Assembly: GCA_030586555.1 (NCBI GenBank)
Contig: JAURAC010000015.1
Span: 9,820-73,819 of the forward strand
Direction: 5' to 3'
DNA from: Candidatus Subterrananammoxibius californiae
Lineage (GTDB): Bacteria > Planctomycetota > Brocadiia > Brocadiales > Subterrananammoxibiaceae
Length of the DNA: 64,000 nt
A program made the translations under genes and the position numbers. The first letter of the stretch is position 1, and every line of letters starts with the position of its first letter. Positions 49,277 through 59,346 of this stretch are shown here, one piece after another. Under the pieces are notes generated by a model, which saw nothing but the letters and a program-made list of their open reading frames with translations, did not search any database and was not told where the DNA came from.

Positions 49277-50839
49277 TTATTTTAAACCCAGCCTCTTATA
49301 AATTAAATTCATCTTGATATTATTCCTGACGATATCAGCCAGATTATCGTAATGTATTTCCTTTTTATGTGCTGTGAGATTCTTCTCTTCACTCAGCATG
49401 ATAGAAAGGGGGGAAAGACCCTTTTTCTTACGGAGAAAGTTTATAAGTTGGGAACGAAACTCGTCATTATCAAATATTCCATGAAAATAGGTTCCCCAGT
49501 GCATGCCGTCATGTGAAACTGCTCCGTCAGGCACATCCACAGGCTTATCCGAACGTTCTGTAATACGCAATAACGGTCTTATACCATTATTCAAAATAGT
49601 TCTACCCATGTGGATTTCATAGCCCGTAAGTGTATTCTGTGTGCTGAATAGCAGGGTGTCTGGAAGCAAATTTGCCTTTGCCTGATAGGTGCATTTTTCT
49701 GGTAGGAAGGTTGTGGTGACATCAAGAAGCCCCATTCCTTGAATCCTTGCATGGTTTGATTCAACACACTCCACGTCCAGAATCTCCTTACCCATCATTT
49801 GATAACCTCCGCATATTCCAATTATCATAGTAGGGGCGTGGCGTGCCGTGTCCCTACATTTAATAATAGCATTTTCAAGCCCATTAGCACGAATCCACAA
49901 CAGGTCGCCTATGGTATTCTTTGTCCCCGGCAGGATAATCACATCAGGGTTTCCTAAACCGTTAGTATCATCAACGTATCTAATACTCACGCCATTATGA
50001 TGCTCAAACGAATCGAAATCTGTAAAGTTTGAGATTCTTGGGAGTTTAATTATCGCAATGTCAATAATCTCCCCTTGCCCCCCTTTAGCAAAGGGGGGTA
50101 CAGGGGGATTATTATCAAGCGATACAGAATCCTCGTCATCTATGCTCAGACCATTAATAAAAGGAACAAGTCCTAAGACCTGCTTGCCTGTACGCCTTTC
50201 GAGCATATCTATACCCGGTTGCAATATTGCCGGGTCGCCTCTGAACTTATTAAAAACAATGCCAAATATGTGATTCCTTTCTGTCTCATTCAATAGCTCG
50301 AAGGTTCCCACAATCCATGCAAAGGCGCCGCCCCTGTCTATATCCGTTACAAGGACAACCGGGGCATCTGCAATCTCCGCCATCTTCATATTTACTATAT
50401 CGTTTTCCTTTAGATTAATCTCAGCAGGGCTTCCGGCTCCTTCTATCACGATTATGTCAAACTGGCTTGCTAAGGTATTATAAGCATCCTTTACAATGAC
50501 AAGCATTTCGCCCTTACACTTATAATATTCCTGTGCAGACATATTTCTCAGGGGCTTTCCCATGACAACCACTTGAGAGCCGCAATCTCCAATAGGCTTT
50601 AACAGGATGGGGTTCATCTCAACCATCGGGTCCACACCCGCCGCCTCTGCCTGAGCTACCTGAGCGCGCCCCATTTCCTTGCCATCCTTTGTTACAAAGG
50701 AATTGAGCGACATATTCTGTGCCTTAAATGGGGCAACACGATACCCATCTTGTGAAAGGATACGGCACAAGGCACATGCAATTATGCTTTTACCAACGTT
50801 TGAACCCGTACCTTGAATCATCAGGGATTTTGCTCGCAT
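49277..50839 (-). CDS. cbiP: Cobyric acid synthase
   Basis: GTGSNVGKS, FKAQNMS, EGAGSPAEINL, GICGGYQM, GTYFHG. Confidence 0.96.
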   Translation of the reverse strand: MRAKSLMIQGTGSNVGKSIIACALCRILSQDGYRVAPFKAQNMSLNSFVTKDGKEMGRAQVAQAEAAGVDPMVEMNPILLKPIGDCGSQVVVMGKPLRNMSAQEYYKCKGEMLVIVKDAYNTLASQFDIIVIEGAGSPAEINLKENDIVNMKMAEIADAPVVLVTDIDRGGAFAWIVGTFELLNETERNHIFGIVFNKFRGDPAILQPGIDMLERRTGKQVLGLVPFINGLSIDDEDSVSLDNNPPVPPFAKGGQGEIIDIAIIKLPRISNFTDFDSFEHHNGVSIRYVDDTNGLGNPDVIILPGTKNTIGDLLWIRANGLENAIIKCRDTARHAPTMIIGICGGYQMMGKEILDVECVESNHARIQGMGLLDVTTTFLPEKCTYQAKANLLPDTLLFSTQNTLTGYEIHMGRTILNNGIRPLLRITERSDKPVDVPDGAVSHDGMHWGTYFHGIFDNDEFRSQLINFLRKKKGLSPLSIMLSEEKNLTAHKKEIHYDNLADIVRNNIKMNLIYKRLGLK

Positions 50840-52783
50840 TTAATGCACTCCAAAAATATTTTTTAGCTCTTTGAGGAGTCTGAGGTTTTCGTCCCTCGTT
50901 CTAACTGCAATCCGAAAGTATTGCTCATCGAGGCCCCTGAAATTTGAGCAATCACGAATAACTAAACCACTTTTTATCAATTGAGTATAAAGATTGGAAA
51001 CCTGCAGATTGGGTCTATCAATTCTTACTAACATAAAATTTGCTGAGGGATAAAAAGGATAGAGTCCTTCTATCCGTGAAATCTGCTCATATAGAAAGCG
51101 CTTCTCTGCCGAGATAAACATTCTGCTTCGCTTTATAAAGTCCTCGTCATTCATTGCTGCCTTCCCGGCGAGTTGTGCAATGGCATTTACCGTCCATGGC
51201 TCCTTAAATCTTTTTATTCTATCTACTATTGTTTCATGTGCAACAAGAAAACCGAGCCTTAGACCAGGCATGCCAAAAAATTTTGTTAACGAGCAAATAA
51301 CCACAAGATTTTTAATTTTGCCTGCATCCTTTAGGACGCTGTAAGATTCTTGTTCCTCAACAAAATTCATAAATGACTCATCAACAACGATTGTTGCATT
51401 GGCAAAGTATTCAGCCAAATCTAATATCCTTACCCTTTCAGTGAGTTGGCTGGTTGGGTTATTCGGGTTGCACAAGAAAATTAAGGCAGGAGGGGAACCG
51501 TTCAGTTTTGCATAATCAAGGCTGAATTGGAATGAAGTCTTTTCATTCAAGATAATCTCAGATGCCTCAGTGTGAACAAGTTGCAAGGCATTAATGTAGT
51601 CACTGAACGTGGGCTGAAATACCAGCGCTTTCCTCGGGTGTAATGTACGAGGCGTTAAATAAATAAGCTCTGTTGAACCATTGCCTACAATAATCTCGCA
51701 TTCTCTGTGGCAAGTCTTTTCTGCAATAATATGTTTCAATTCAGCACAATCAGTATCGGGATAATGAAGGATTGTGTCGGACACATTACGAATGGCATCC
51801 TGCACACTTTTTGAATATCCGAGTGGATTAATACTTGCGCTAAAGTCCAGAATATTCTCTGGTTTTAGCCCATAGGTTGCACAAATCTTTGTGATATTGC
51901 CACCGTGACCGTCTACCGAAGGCTGAGGGCTGAAGGCTGAAGGCTGAGGGCTGAAGGAGATAGGAAGCATTTTTACCAATAAATTACGCGCCTGTCCTAT
52001 TGTAAGAGGCAAATCTTCTATATGCACATCCTGTCGAAGAAGGGTAAATAACTGGGCAATCTGAGGAAGTTCAAGTTTCGACGCCGTAACAATCTCTGGA
52101 ACTGCAAAGATGTCTTCAGGCTTACCCTCCGTGACAATCCTTCCAGAGTCCATAATAGCAATGTGGTTCATAAAGACTGGCACAAGGTCAACGTCATGGG
52201 TCGCCATGATTATGGTAATGCCTCGTTTCGCATTTAGATTTTTGAGAAGCTGCATTATAGAGGTAACGCCTGCAGGGTCGAGGTCGCTTGTTGGTTCATC
52301 CAGTACGAGCACATCTGGATTCATCGCAAGGATGCCAGCAATGCAAACCCTTTTGCGCTGACCGTGGCTGAGGTGGTGGATAGGTTTGCGAGCGTATGCA
52401 GTCATTTCAACTAATTTGAGCGCCATTTCTACCCTCGATTTTACTTCCTCTGGACTCAGCTTGAGATTCATAGGACCAAACGCCACATCCTGCTCAACCG
52501 TTAGGGCGAAAAGCTGGTCATTAGCGTCCTGGAATACCATACCGACCCGACTAAATATCTCAGCGGGTGGGATTGATTTTAAATCCCTCCCGTCTATTGC
52601 TACGCAGCCAATATCTGGCTTGAGAAGTCCGTTAAGGTGCTTAAGGAGAGTTGTTTTACCAGAGCCGTTGGGCCCCAATATGCCGAGAAATTCCCCCTTC
52701 TTAACCGTGATATTAACACCATTCAGCGCCTTTGTGCCATCGGGGTATGTGTATTGGAGATTTTCTACTTTGATTAAAGTCAT
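50840..52783 (-). CDS. Fusion: cobalt ECF ATPase CbiO + threonine-phosphate decarboxylase CobD
   Basis: GPNGSGKT, LSHGQ, LDEP; then HGGN, DFSASINP, CNPNNPT, SLTKFFGMPGLRLG. Confidence 0.9.
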   Translation of the reverse strand: MTLIKVENLQYTYPDGTKALNGVNITVKKGEFLGILGPNGSGKTTLLKHLNGLLKPDIGCVAIDGRDLKSIPPAEIFSRVGMVFQDANDQLFALTVEQDVAFGPMNLKLSPEEVKSRVEMALKLVEMTAYARKPIHHLSHGQRKRVCIAGILAMNPDVLVLDEPTSDLDPAGVTSIMQLLKNLNAKRGITIIMATHDVDLVPVFMNHIAIMDSGRIVTEGKPEDIFAVPEIVTASKLELPQIAQLFTLLRQDVHIEDLPLTIGQARNLLVKMLPISFSPQPSAFSPQPSVDGHGGNITKICATYGLKPENILDFSASINPLGYSKSVQDAIRNVSDTILHYPDTDCAELKHIIAEKTCHRECEIIVGNGSTELIYLTPRTLHPRKALVFQPTFSDYINALQLVHTEASEIILNEKTSFQFSLDYAKLNGSPPALIFLCNPNNPTSQLTERVRILDLAEYFANATIVVDESFMNFVEEQESYSVLKDAGKIKNLVVICSLTKFFGMPGLRLGFLVAHETIVDRIKRFKEPWTVNAIAQLAGKAAMNDEDFIKRSRMFISAEKRFLYEQISRIEGLYPFYPSANFMLVRIDRPNLQVSNLYTQLIKSGLVIRDCSNFRGLDEQYFRIAVRTRDENLRLLKELKNIFGVH

Positions 52784-52792
52784 TTTCAATTA

Positions 52793-52850
52793 GGTAGACA
52801 ACGAACTTTATGTTCGTTGATTTCAATGAGGATAAACCTCGTTGTCTACC
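52793..52850. repeat. Family A doublet
   Basis: GGTAGACAACGAACTTTATGTTCGTTGATTTCAATGAGGATAAACCTCGTTGTCTACC. Confidence 0.9.
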
Positions 52851-52871
52851 AAAAAAATTTTAAAGATTCTT

Positions 52872-53651
52872 TCAAATTAAGTTTATCAAACCAAAGGCTG
52901 AAAGAAAGGCTATCAAACCGCCAAGTATCACATAATCATTTCTTTTTAAGGGAGCAACGTTGGCTGTCAAAATACTGCCACCATCATATCCCCTTGACCG
53001 CATCGCCGTATGTGTTGATTCAGCCCTGCTTATAGTTCGAACCATGAGCATACCACCGAGCGTCCCAAAGGAATGAATGGTTTTTCTCCATGTCGAATAG
53101 CCCAGCCTGCACCTTTGTGCTGTACGCACCCTTGAGACCTCTTCCAAGAACAGGAATATGTACCTGTACATTAGAAAAAGTAATTCCAATAAAACCTCTG
53201 GAATCCTCAACCAGCGTGCCCCGGCGCACAAATCGGCAATTGTTGTAGTAAAAGAAAGCAGTAATATCAGAGAGATCCCACCCATAACCTTAAAAAATAT
53301 TAAACATCCAGCTTGTAGCCCTTCCCTTCTCAATATCAAGTCGTAGCCAAGAGGGGAGACGGAAAATACAGGTGTCTGACCTTCGTGCAGCCCCTTTATC
53401 ATCAAAATGAAGATAGCAAAAAATAGTGGCAAAAGCATGCGCAGGCTGAGTGTCTTAATAGGCGTCTTTATTGATAATAATAGACCGATGTTGATAAAGA
53501 AGAGTAATAATGGGGCAAGCATGCCTGAAGCGCATATATTCAAAATTAACCCACCAAAAACATAAAACATCTTTACCCTGGTCTCCGTACAGGTAAGCCA
53601 ATTTTCCCTATGAGCAAAATGGTCTGAAAATAGATAGCGTATATTTTCCAT
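52872..53651 (-). CDS. cbiQ: Cobalt ECF transporter T component
   Basis: LMYRYIF, AQRCRLGY, AMRSRGY. Confidence 0.92.
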   Translation of the reverse strand: MENIRYLFSDHFAHRENWLTCTETRVKMFYVFGGLILNICASGMLAPLLLFFINIGLLLSIKTPIKTLSLRMLLPLFFAIFILMIKGLHEGQTPVFSVSPLGYDLILRREGLQAGCLIFFKVMGGISLILLLSFTTTIADLCAGARWLRIPEVLLELLFLMYRYIFLFLEEVSRVRTAQRCRLGYSTWRKTIHSFGTLGGMLMVRTISRAESTHTAMRSRGYDGGSILTANVAPLKRNDYVILGGLIAFLSAFGLINLI

Positions 53652-53732
53652 GGAATTATTCCTTGCTTAAAGGCGAAAAGGTAAAAAAGAAAAAGGGTTT
53701 AAACCTCTTAGCCTCTTAACCTCTTAGCCTTT

Positions 53733-54047
53733 TTACCTTGACTTCATTAGCTTATGCCAGTTGTAGCCAATAATGAACCCGCCAATAGAGCCGCCGAGGG
53801 TAAACAAACATAGTAAAAGGTCTCCTCTATCAGTGTTAATGTAAGGGTTACGTGGCGGTCTTCCAAAGTTTGTTGCATATTTGCCTACAATACTTACGTC
53901 TATGCCCGTCCAGGCTTCTTGTTCCTCTGCCCCGCGTAGGGGCGTATTGTTAGCCACGGCGAATCTGCCTAAGGCATGACAATATGCCCCTACTATTGCT
54001 ATTGTTATCAATAAGAACGCCATTATAATTTTTTTAGATTTGCGCAA
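53733..54047 (-). CDS. Small cobalt transport accessory protein (CbiN-like)
   Basis: Two TMs, WTGIDVSIV, GDLLL..F; between cbiM and cbiQ. Confidence 0.7.
   Translation of the reverse strand: MRKSKKIIMAFLLITIAIVGAYCHALGRFAVANNTPLRGAEEQEAWTGIDVSIVGKYATNFGRPPRNPYINTDRGDLLLCLFTLGGSIGGFIIGYNWHKLMKSR
53936..53993. repeat. Family B element with nested 30-bp D1 element, inside cbiN-like gene
   Basis: GTAGGGGCGTATTG-[TTAGCCACGGCGAATCTGCCTAAGGCATGA]-CAATATGCCCCTAC. Confidence 0.9.
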
Positions 54048-54795
54048 TTGTTCTGCCCTCCGTTATGCCAAGTTCCACCAGAATGCTGGGACGATGATTG
54101 TAAACATAAGAGACTATAAAACCAGTTACGACACCTTCCAAAATGCACAGGGGTCCCTGCGTGGTCATCATAAAGGCTGCAAATATTTCTCCAGCAGCTT
54201 TAAAGAATGAATCGCCTTTGCCAACAACAAGCAAGCCTAACTCTATCGAAGTGCCCAGATATGTAAAAATATCAGCAACAATGCCTGCAAAAAATCCCCA
54301 CCAGAAAGGTGAAAGCCTTAGTTTCTTTGCAGTCCAGAAGGCAAAGTAACCAGAAAATGAGCCAAGTATGCCCATTGAAAATATGTTGCCACCCAATGTG
54401 GTCAACCCGCCATGGGCGAGAAATAATGCTTGGATTAATAGTGCAATCCCAGCGACAGGGACGCTCACAAATGGGCCAAGAAATATTGCGCTCATACCAG
54501 TTCCAGCAGGGTGCGCCGTTGCCATACCATTAAGGGCTATAACAGGAACGGGAAAACACGAGAACACAAAGACCGCCGCCCCAATCATCCCGATTAGGGG
54601 CATATAGCCCGGGATAGCCTTACGTCTCTTTTTAATCTTGTATGTCCCAATTGCTACAAAAGGTGCAGCCACTAAGAACCATAGAATTGCCCACTTTGGC
54701 GGCAGTATTCCTTCTGTAATGTGCATTGCATACACGGCATGAGGAAGGAATAAAAGGGTGAAGCCAACAAATATGATTGATAAGAGTCTTTTCAT
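54034..54795 (-). CDS. cbiM: Cobalt ECF transporter S component
   Basis: Signal peptide then MHITEG; QALFLAHGGLTTLGGN. Confidence 0.95.
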   Translation of the reverse strand: MKRLLSIIFVGFTLLFLPHAVYAMHITEGILPPKWAILWFLVAAPFVAIGTYKIKKRRKAIPGYMPLIGMIGAAVFVFSCFPVPVIALNGMATAHPAGTGMSAIFLGPFVSVPVAGIALLIQALFLAHGGLTTLGGNIFSMGILGSFSGYFAFWTAKKLRLSPFWWGFFAGIVADIFTYLGTSIELGLLVVGKGDSFFKAAGEIFAAFMMTTQGPLCILEGVVTGFIVSYVYNHRPSILVELGITEGRTIAQI

Positions 54796-54821
54796 TTTTT
54801 TACCTCTCTGGTTAATTAAAA

Positions 54822-54890
54822 TCAACGAACATAAAGCTCGTTGTCTACCCATCATTTTAGTTGGTAGACAACGAGGTTTTACCTCGTTGA
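54822..54890. repeat. Family A halves in the opposite (GTAG-inward) arrangement
   Basis: TCAACGAACATAAAGCTCGTTGTCTACC-N13-GGTAGACAACGAGGTTTTACCTCGTTGA. Confidence 0.85.
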
Positions 54891-54899
54891 AATACAATA

Positions 54900-55655
54900 T
54901 TAAAAATTAAGGTGAATGCCTATATAGCCAAGGAAATGTGGTTCTTCGCTGCTTCTCTCTCCAAAGCTCCTACCTGCCGAACCCATTATTGTAGGGGCAG
55001 GTTTCAAACCTGTCCTTATCTTATACCTAAAACCAAGGTTAAATAGTGGTGGCTTAGCCTCTTTATGCTCGGTTACAAATCCGAAAATCTCCCCCACCGC
55101 GTCAATCTTTTTAGAAACAGGGTGCTCACCAAAGAAGCCGTAAAATAATTCATTGGTTGTGTCTTTTTCCCGATGTATGAAGTATCCAATCTGAGAACCT
55201 ATATAAAGGGATTTAATGTGGCGGTCAAATTCTAACGGCAAAAAGAAATCAGGTGTGGTGCGTCCGTTACCTGTAGGCATAAATATTGTTGGTGTAGTAG
55301 AAATAGAGGTAACCCAAGCTGTCTCGTCAACAAACCTGTATTTTGTTGCAAACTGGACGTCTCCCATACCGCTATCCTTACCATTTTCATCGTGGTCTAT
55401 AGACGTATGAGGTATTACCAAATTTAACTGCGTTCTTTTGCGAATCCCATAGTTGGCATCAACTACGAATCCTGTGGCTCTTTCATGGATTGTATTTCTT
55501 GTTGTGTAGGCAAGATTAATTTCCCATTTATTATGGCCTGGTGTGCCAGTGTCATCTGTAACAAGCGGTGAACCGCCACCCATAAGTGGTTTAAAGGTTG
55601 CTTCGAATATGAGGCAGGTAACCATGGATAATAAAGGAAGACGATAGTTCTTCAT
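54900..55655 (-). CDS. Small outer-membrane beta-barrel transporter-family protein
   Basis: PLVTDDTGTP, GMGDV..TKYRF, PTG, terminal LNF; first gene behind B12 riboswitches. Confidence 0.7.
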   Translation of the reverse strand: MKNYRLPLLSMVTCLIFEATFKPLMGGGSPLVTDDTGTPGHNKWEINLAYTTRNTIHERATGFVVDANYGIRKRTQLNLVIPHTSIDHDENGKDSGMGDVQFATKYRFVDETAWVTSISTTPTIFMPTGNGRTTPDFFLPLEFDRHIKSLYIGSQIGYFIHREKDTTNELFYGFFGEHPVSKKIDAVGEIFGFVTEHKEAKPPLFNLGFRYKIRTGLKPAPTIMGSAGRSFGERSSEEPHFLGYIGIHLNF

Positions 55656-55697
55656 TAAGTTCTCTTTTCCCCTCGGAAAAAGACACTCAAAAATAAC

Positions 55698-55856
55698 TGT
55701 GCAAGACAGGTTTCCTGGCTCACGTTTTAAAACCTACTCTCTGAGCCTTCCCACCCAGCCAGCAATGCCAGCTGGACAGTGGCATACTTCAGATTTCGTT
55801 ACGTTTACAGTTGCGGGGCAGCGTTCTTACGAACTTCCCTTGCATCCTGCACACAA
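55698..55856 (-). ncRNA. Cobalamin riboswitch (downstream, compact)
   Basis: AGG..AAGGGAA-GTTC-GTAA-GAAC-GCTGCCCCGCAACTGTAA...GCCACTG...TGGGAAGG...AGCCAGGAAACCTG. Confidence 0.88.
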
Positions 55857-55880
55857 TAAAATAATCATATCAACAGAGTT

Positions 55881-55910
55881 GGGTGGCATGGACAAACTGG
55901 TTTGTCCGTG
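55881..55910. repeat. Family C element between the riboswitches
   Basis: GGGTGGCATGGACAAACTGGTTTGTCCGTG. Confidence 0.9.
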
Positions 55911-55951
55911 TCACACTAAATTGTTTTTCTATGGCATCACCTCCTTAAAAC

Positions 55952-55990
55952 AAAAAAGCCCGTATCCTTTGATTGGAAAAGATACGGGCT
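55952..55990 (-). terminator. Intrinsic terminator in expression platform of upstream riboswitch
   Basis: AGCCCGTATC...GATACGGGCTTTTTT on minus strand. Confidence 0.8.
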
Positions 55991-56050
55991 ACGTAGCAAG
56001 AAATCTACCAACTCCACCTTCTTTACCATCGAAGAATACTGTGAAGCAAT

Positions 56051-56217
56051 TACAGGCAGGTCTTCTGACTAACGGGTCTTCCTACTCATTGCTCCTTCCC
56101 ATCCACATCGAGGTGAACAGTGGTTATATGCAATTTTCGTCACCGTTTACAGCGGCGGGTCCGTGTCCTAATGGACTTCCCTTTTTATCCTCATTTACGA
56201 TGGGGATACCTGTAATT
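56051..56217 (-). ncRNA. Cobalamin riboswitch (upstream)
   Basis: ACAGGT..AAAAGGGAA-GTCC-ATTA-GGAC-ACGGACCCGCCGCTGTAA...ACCACTG...TGGGAAGG...AGTCAGAAGACCTGCC. Confidence 0.92.
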
Positions 56218-56355
56218 GGGTCATTATATTTAAATTTTCAAAGTACAAGTTGTACGGCAATCTTTAGGATTGCTCAAAATAAAATATTAGTTACAAGACC
56301 CACCCTTGCGGGCAGGTCATGCCTGAGGCAGATTCGCCAATCCTTATGGCGAACA

Positions 56356-58431
56356 TTATTTACTCCCAACGAGAAGCGTATTGCAACTCTCTGGTATTTG
56401 ACATCTCAACCTTCGGTATGAGGCTAAGGCAAATAATGGAAAGTAATTTCTATAAAGATGATATTTTAAATAGAAAAATCTTGGGAAGCCTGTAGCTGTA
56501 AATTCGTCCTCATCCCATGTTCCGTCCTGGTTTTGTGTTTTCAGTAGATACTTTATTCCTCTTTCCATGGCGGGACAGTCTATCTCATTAACGGCAAGTA
56601 ATCCCATAATTGCCCATGCCGTTTGCGAGGCGGTGCTTGAACCCATAGCCTTAAATCTTGGGTTTTCGTATGACTTGCACCTTTCGCCCCAACCGCCATC
56701 TGAGTTCTGAACGTTCTTGAGCCAGTGAACTGCTTTTTGAATATACTCCTTACCCATATCTTCACCAACGGATTGAAGACCGTAGAGCACAGACCACGTT
56801 CCATAAATGTAATTGCATCCCCATCTGCCGTACCATGAGCCATCCGGTTCCTGGTCCTTTTTCAGGAATTCAATTGCCTTCTGGATAACAGTGTTTGAGG
56901 TATTAAATCCCACCTTACCCAGCCATCCGAGGCAGCGTCCAGTCACGTCGCTCGTGCTTGGGTCAAGGAGCGCTCCAAAATCGGCAAATGGGATATAATT
57001 TAAGACCGCTTTGTTATTATTACGGTCAAACGCCCCCCAGCCGCCGTCATCGCATTGCATACCTAAGAGCCATTTTAGTGCCCTTAATAACACTTCTTCT
57101 TTATTTGACTTCTCGGATAGGGGGATACGCTGTAAAGCCATTAAGACCGCTGCGCTATCATCTGTATCTGGATAAAACTCATTCTCGTACTGGAAATACC
57201 ATCCGCTTGGTTCCACTGATGGGTTTTTCAATTTCCAATCACCAGGCTTTCGTACCTCTTTTGTCAGAAGCCATTGTCCTGCCTTCGTTAACGCAGGGTG
57301 GTTCTTTGGAATCCCGGATTCGTGTAGTGCAATAATTGCCCATGCCGTATCCCATACGGGGGAAACGCATGGCTGCATGTGTAGCGTATCTTTATCTTCA
57401 ATCGTAAGACGTTCAAGCTCTTTTATCTGAGATAGCAGTGCAGGGTGGTTGTTACTGTAGCCAAGGCTCTTCATTGCAAAGATAGAATTAACAATACCCG
57501 GCCATATCGCCCCTAATCCCCCGGACTTCTCAAAATGGGACAGCATCCATTGTTCAGCCTTCTTTATTGCGAACTTTCTCAATATATGGATGGGCCGTTC
57601 GTCGTATCTCTTAAATACATCATTCATATCTACTATAAAGTTGCGTATGGTTACCTTGTTATGGTCTCGTTCAAGGCGATAGCTTACCTTTTCTTTAGGT
57701 ATCGTGTATAGCTCATCTAAAGATATATTTTCGCCAACCTTCGACTTAAGCCTTTTTGCAACAGCTATTGACAATGGGATTACTATGCACCTTGACCAGT
57801 AGGACATTTCATAAACATTGAAGCTGAAAAAATTTGGGAATAGTATCATTTCCACAGGAATAGCTGGAACTCCCCTCCAGTCAAAATGTCCAAAGATTGC
57901 AAGGTAAATCTTTGTGAAGCAATTTACCTTCATTATTCCACCGAGATTGAGTACGCATCTCTTTGCCTTTTGCATAAGTGGAGCGCTGGCAGGTACGCCA
58001 GCGAGTCTCAAGGCAAAGTATGCCTTTACTGTGGTGCTTACCTCGCTCGGACCGCCACAATATAAGTTCCAGCCTCCGTCTGGAAGCTGTTTCTTAACGA
58101 GGAACATGGCAGCCTTCTTTTGTTTTGCATGATTGACACGGCTAAGGAAATGCATTAGCATGATATATTCTGAGGTTAACGTAGAGTCGGCTTCTAATTC
58201 ACCAACCCAATATCCATCCCTGTGATTTTGTATGCTGAGTAAATATCTTTGAGACGTGCCTATTGCCTGGTCTAATTCACTTTCGGTAGAAACCTTGACG
58301 GAATGTTCTTGCGGTTCTTCCCAACTCAGTTCGTGCAAGAGGTCTTCTAAGATATGTCCATTTCCGTTATCGTTCAGCCTCTGAAATCGGTTATTAAGCC
58401 TCTCTACAAGCCTTGATAAACGATTAATCAT
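56356..58431 (-). CDS. shc: Squalene-hopene cyclase
   Basis: YPDTDDSA, multiple QW repeats (QxxDGGW), GTWS, TGFP. Confidence 0.97.
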   Translation of the reverse strand: MINRLSRLVERLNNRFQRLNDNGNGHILEDLLHELSWEEPQEHSVKVSTESELDQAIGTSQRYLLSIQNHRDGYWVGELEADSTLTSEYIMLMHFLSRVNHAKQKKAAMFLVKKQLPDGGWNLYCGGPSEVSTTVKAYFALRLAGVPASAPLMQKAKRCVLNLGGIMKVNCFTKIYLAIFGHFDWRGVPAIPVEMILFPNFFSFNVYEMSYWSRCIVIPLSIAVAKRLKSKVGENISLDELYTIPKEKVSYRLERDHNKVTIRNFIVDMNDVFKRYDERPIHILRKFAIKKAEQWMLSHFEKSGGLGAIWPGIVNSIFAMKSLGYSNNHPALLSQIKELERLTIEDKDTLHMQPCVSPVWDTAWAIIALHESGIPKNHPALTKAGQWLLTKEVRKPGDWKLKNPSVEPSGWYFQYENEFYPDTDDSAAVLMALQRIPLSEKSNKEEVLLRALKWLLGMQCDDGGWGAFDRNNNKAVLNYIPFADFGALLDPSTSDVTGRCLGWLGKVGFNTSNTVIQKAIEFLKKDQEPDGSWYGRWGCNYIYGTWSVLYGLQSVGEDMGKEYIQKAVHWLKNVQNSDGGWGERCKSYENPRFKAMGSSTASQTAWAIMGLLAVNEIDCPAMERGIKYLLKTQNQDGTWDEDEFTATGFPRFFYLKYHLYRNYFPLFALASYRRLRCQIPESCNTLLVGSK

Positions 58432-58581
58432 GCATCGTTCCTCCTTTTGCTAAAGTTATAACCAGCGGGTTCTCAACTTGCATGACTTATGTGCTCCCAA
58501 CAATTAATAGGTCAACTTAGGTACACAAAATAGCATATTTAACTACTTTTTTCAAGAAAAACTTTCACAATTACCGAGTTT

Positions 58582-59172
58582 TTACATTATCCCCTTTGTT
58601 GACGGAACGCCTTCTATTCTTTCATTTATTCTGACGGCCGTGTCAAGTGCCTTTGCCAGCCCCTTAAAGATTGCTTCAACAATGTGGTGGGCGTTAGAAC
58701 CGTAAGGCACGTTTACGTGTAAGTTAATGCCTGCATTTGCACTAAAAGCCTCAAGAAACTCTCTGACGAGGCTTGCATCAAAATTGCCAATCCTGTCTGT
58801 ATTAAAATTTACATTAAAAACAAGAGCCGGTCTGCCACTAATATCAATGGCAATATCAGCAAGGGATTCTTGCATGGGCACACTTGTACTGGCGAATCTG
58901 GTTATACCCTTTTTATCACCTAAGGCATCTTTAAGGGCTTGTCCCAGACAAATGCCCACATCTTCAACCGTGTGGTGGTCATCTACTCGCTGGTCACCAC
59001 TTGCTTTAATGGTTAAATCAATTAAAGCATGCCTTGCAAACAAATCGAGCATGTGGTCTAAGAACCCTACGCCAGTTGAGATATTAGATTTTCCCTTTCC
59101 ATCTAAGTTAAGGGTCAATTCCACATTAGTCTCGCTCGTTTTTCTTTTTACTTGCGTCGTTCTTTGTTTCAT
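58582..59172 (-). CDS. hisB: Imidazoleglycerol-phosphate dehydratase
   Basis: [30 protein letters not shown]. Confidence 0.97.
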   Translation of the reverse strand: MKQRTTQVKRKTSETNVELTLNLDGKGKSNISTGVGFLDHMLDLFARHALIDLTIKASGDQRVDDHHTVEDVGICLGQALKDALGDKKGITRFASTSVPMQESLADIAIDISGRPALVFNVNFNTDRIGNFDASLVREFLEAFSANAGINLHVNVPYGSNAHHIVEAIFKGLAKALDTAVRINERIEGVPSTKGIM

Positions 59173-59186
59173 AACAAGCTCCGTTT

Positions 59187-59295
59187 GTCATTCTGAGGCG
59201 TAACCGAAGAATCTCATTGAGGTGATTCGTGGAGTTTACCCTGAGCGAGGGAATGAGGTTCTTCACCTTCGCTGTCACTCAGGCTCAGAATGAGA
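59187..59295. repeat. GTCATT..GAAG.AATCTC type repeat cluster (family G)
   Basis: GTCATTCTGAGGCGTAACCGAAGAATCTC ... CTCAGAATGA; relatives at about 7210 and 49240-49275. Confidence 0.55.
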
Positions 59296-59346
59296 CGTAA
59301 AAGTTACCTTTCCGCCCAGAAGATGGCAGGTCTCCGATTTGCCTCG

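Noticed and set aside
55699-56421. 240-aa plus-strand ORF
   Set aside because: Antisense to two riboswitches and repeats; no protein-like features.
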